Source of the DNA: Eukaryota sp. TZLM1-RC | Lineage: Eukaryota; Protista; Metamonada: BaSk clade | DNA length: 64,000 bases | Reading direction: 5' to 3' | NCBI GenBank assembly: GCA_040285825.1 | Contig: JAUPSS010000007.1 | Coordinates: forward strand, 3,052,469-3,116,468 | In this document: piece after piece, positions 62,101 to 64,000 of the stretch | Layout: every line of letters begins with the position of its first letter | How positions within the stretch are numbered: the stretch's first letter is position 1 | Notes under the pieces: model-generated | Told to the model about the DNA's origin: nothing | What the model saw: only the letters and a program-made list of their open reading frames with translations | Database searches by the model: none | Translations under genes and position numbers: made by a program

Positions 62101-64000
62101 ATGTTGGCTATGTGTTACTTGATCAGTACAAACTCATGATTACATTTTCAAATGATTTTGTATATATTTGAATTAATTGAGTGTATTAATTTTTAAACAT
62201 TAAATTGTAAAAAAGTAAAAAATCAAAAAGTATACAATTGAATGTTGTAAACTAATAAAACAATTGCTGTAAGTGTAAGAGTATCGTTTTGATACGATTT
62301 ACTGAGGCTCATATGAAGTTCCTAGTTTCGTATATTGACCAATGGTTGTTTATTACAATCATTGGTCAAATCTTTAAAGTCCATTTTGGGACAATTAATA
62401 TAACAATTGTGGTGTTAAAGTCCGTGCTATGGTCATTTGAGTAGTCATTGGTATGATTGGTTGAATGGTCATTGGTATGATTAGATGAGTTGCATGTAGT
62501 CTTTATGTACTAGATGTGATCAACTTGTGATCAAACTTTGTGTGAAATTGTGTGTTAGTAATGTTGGCTATGTGTTACTTGATCAGTACAAACTCATGAT
62601 TACATTTTCAAATGATTTTGTATATATTTGAATTAATTGAGTGTATTAATTTTTAAACATTAAATTGTAAAAAAGTAAAAAATCAAAAAGTATACAATTG
62701 AATGTTGTAAACTAATAAAACAATTGCTGTAAGTGTAAGAGTATCGTTTTGATACGATTTACTGAGGCTCATATGAAGTTCCTAGTTTCGTATATTGACC
62801 AATGGTTGTTTATTACAATCATTGGTCAAATCTTTAAAGTCCATTTTGGGACAATTAATATAACAATTGTGGTGTTAAAGTCCGTGCTATGGTCATTTGA
62901 TTAGTCATTGGTATGATTGGTTGAATGGTCATTGGTATGATTAGATGAGTTGCATGTAGTCTTTATGTACTAGATGTGATCAACTTGTGATCAAACTTTG
63001 TGTGAAATTGTGTGTTAGTAATGTTGGCTATGTGTTACTTGATCAGTACAAACTCATGATTACATTTTCAAATGATTTTGTATATATTTGAATTAATTGA
63101 GTGTATTAATTTTTAAACATTAAATTGTAAAAAAGTAAAAATCAAAAAGTATACAATTGAATGTTGTAAACTAATAAAACAATTGCTGTAAGTGTAAGAG
63201 TATCGTTTTTGATACGATTTACTGAGGCTCATATGAAGTTCCTAGTTTCGTATATTGACCAATGGTTGTTTATTACAATCATTGGTCAAATCTTTAAAGT
63301 CCATTTTGGGACAATTAATATAACAATTGTGGTGTTAAAGTCCGTGCTATGGTCATTTGATTAGTCATTGGTATGATTGGTTGAATGGTCATTGGTATGA
63401 TTAGATGAGTTGCATGTAGTCTTTATGTACTAGATGTGATCAACTTGTGATCAAACTTTGTGTGAAATTGTGTGTTAGTAATGTTGGCTATGTGTTACTT
63501 GATCAGTACAAACTCATGATTACATTTTCAAATGATTTTGTATATATTTGAATTAATTGAGTGTATTAATTTTTTAAACATTAAATTGTAAAAAAGTAAA
63601 AATCAAAAGTATACAATTGAATGTTGTAAACTAATAAAACAATTGCTGTAAGTGTAAGAGTATCGTTTTTGATACGATTTACTGAGGCTCATATGAAGTT
63701 CCTAGTTTCGTATATTGACCAATGGTTGTTTATTACAATCATTGGTCAAATCTTTAAAGTCCATTTTGGGACAATTAATATAACAATTGTGGTGTTAAAG
63801 TCCGTGCTATGGTCATTTGATTAGTCATTGGTATGATTGGTTGAATGGTCATTGGTATGATTAGATGAGTTGCATGTAGTCTTTATGTACTAGATGTGAT
63901 CAACTTGTGATCAAACTTTGTGTGAAATTGTGTGTTAGTAATGTTGGCTATGTGTTACTTGATCAGTACAAACTCATGATTACATTTTTCAAATGATTTT
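59046..64000 (+). repeat. ~460-bp tandem array (>=11 units) beginning inside the 28S 3' end
   Basis: ATTGCTGTAAG starts at 59046, 59507, 59966, 60421, 60882, 61342, 61802, 62263, 62723, 63182, 63642. Confidence 0.97.

Noticed and set aside
59046-64000. CRISPR-like array
   Set aside because: Whole units are identical with no unique spacers; eukaryotic context, no cas genes

Overview
AT-rich eukaryotic (protist) nuclear DNA in the standard genetic code, in two halves. (1) 1-44.5 kb: a few host genes with uniformly tiny (29-33 nt) GT-AG introns (bacterial-type PepD dipeptidase with a 6-nt micro-exon, cyclin Y-like, lipid-transfer/vitellogenin-N-like secreted protein), intronless genes (FAM92-like BAR protein, RCC1+LRR protein) and tRNA-Cys. 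These are embedded in a dense, nested mosaic of at least six families of single-ORF non-LTR retrotransposons (RT with QGDPLGP/YMDD, C-terminal CxC..HxxxC knuckle, restriction-like endonuclease). Seven insertions have readable 10-13 bp target-site duplications with no shared target sequence; the five family A copies end in short heterogeneous, non-poly(A) tails. A pogo-like DD35D transposase, host-gene scraps and virus-like orphan ORFs are also present. (2) 44.5-64 kb: the edge of an rDNA array, with a hierarchical intergenic spacer (~1615-bp units with ~450/290-bp subrepeats), 18S-ITS1-5.8S-ITS2-28S, and at least 11 tandem ~460-bp units that each restart with the last ~70 nt of the 28S. Intron style and PepD suggest an anaerobic metamonad-like flagellate (inference only). 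Retroelement family letters A-G are my own labels from visual comparison, and fragment boundaries are approximate.
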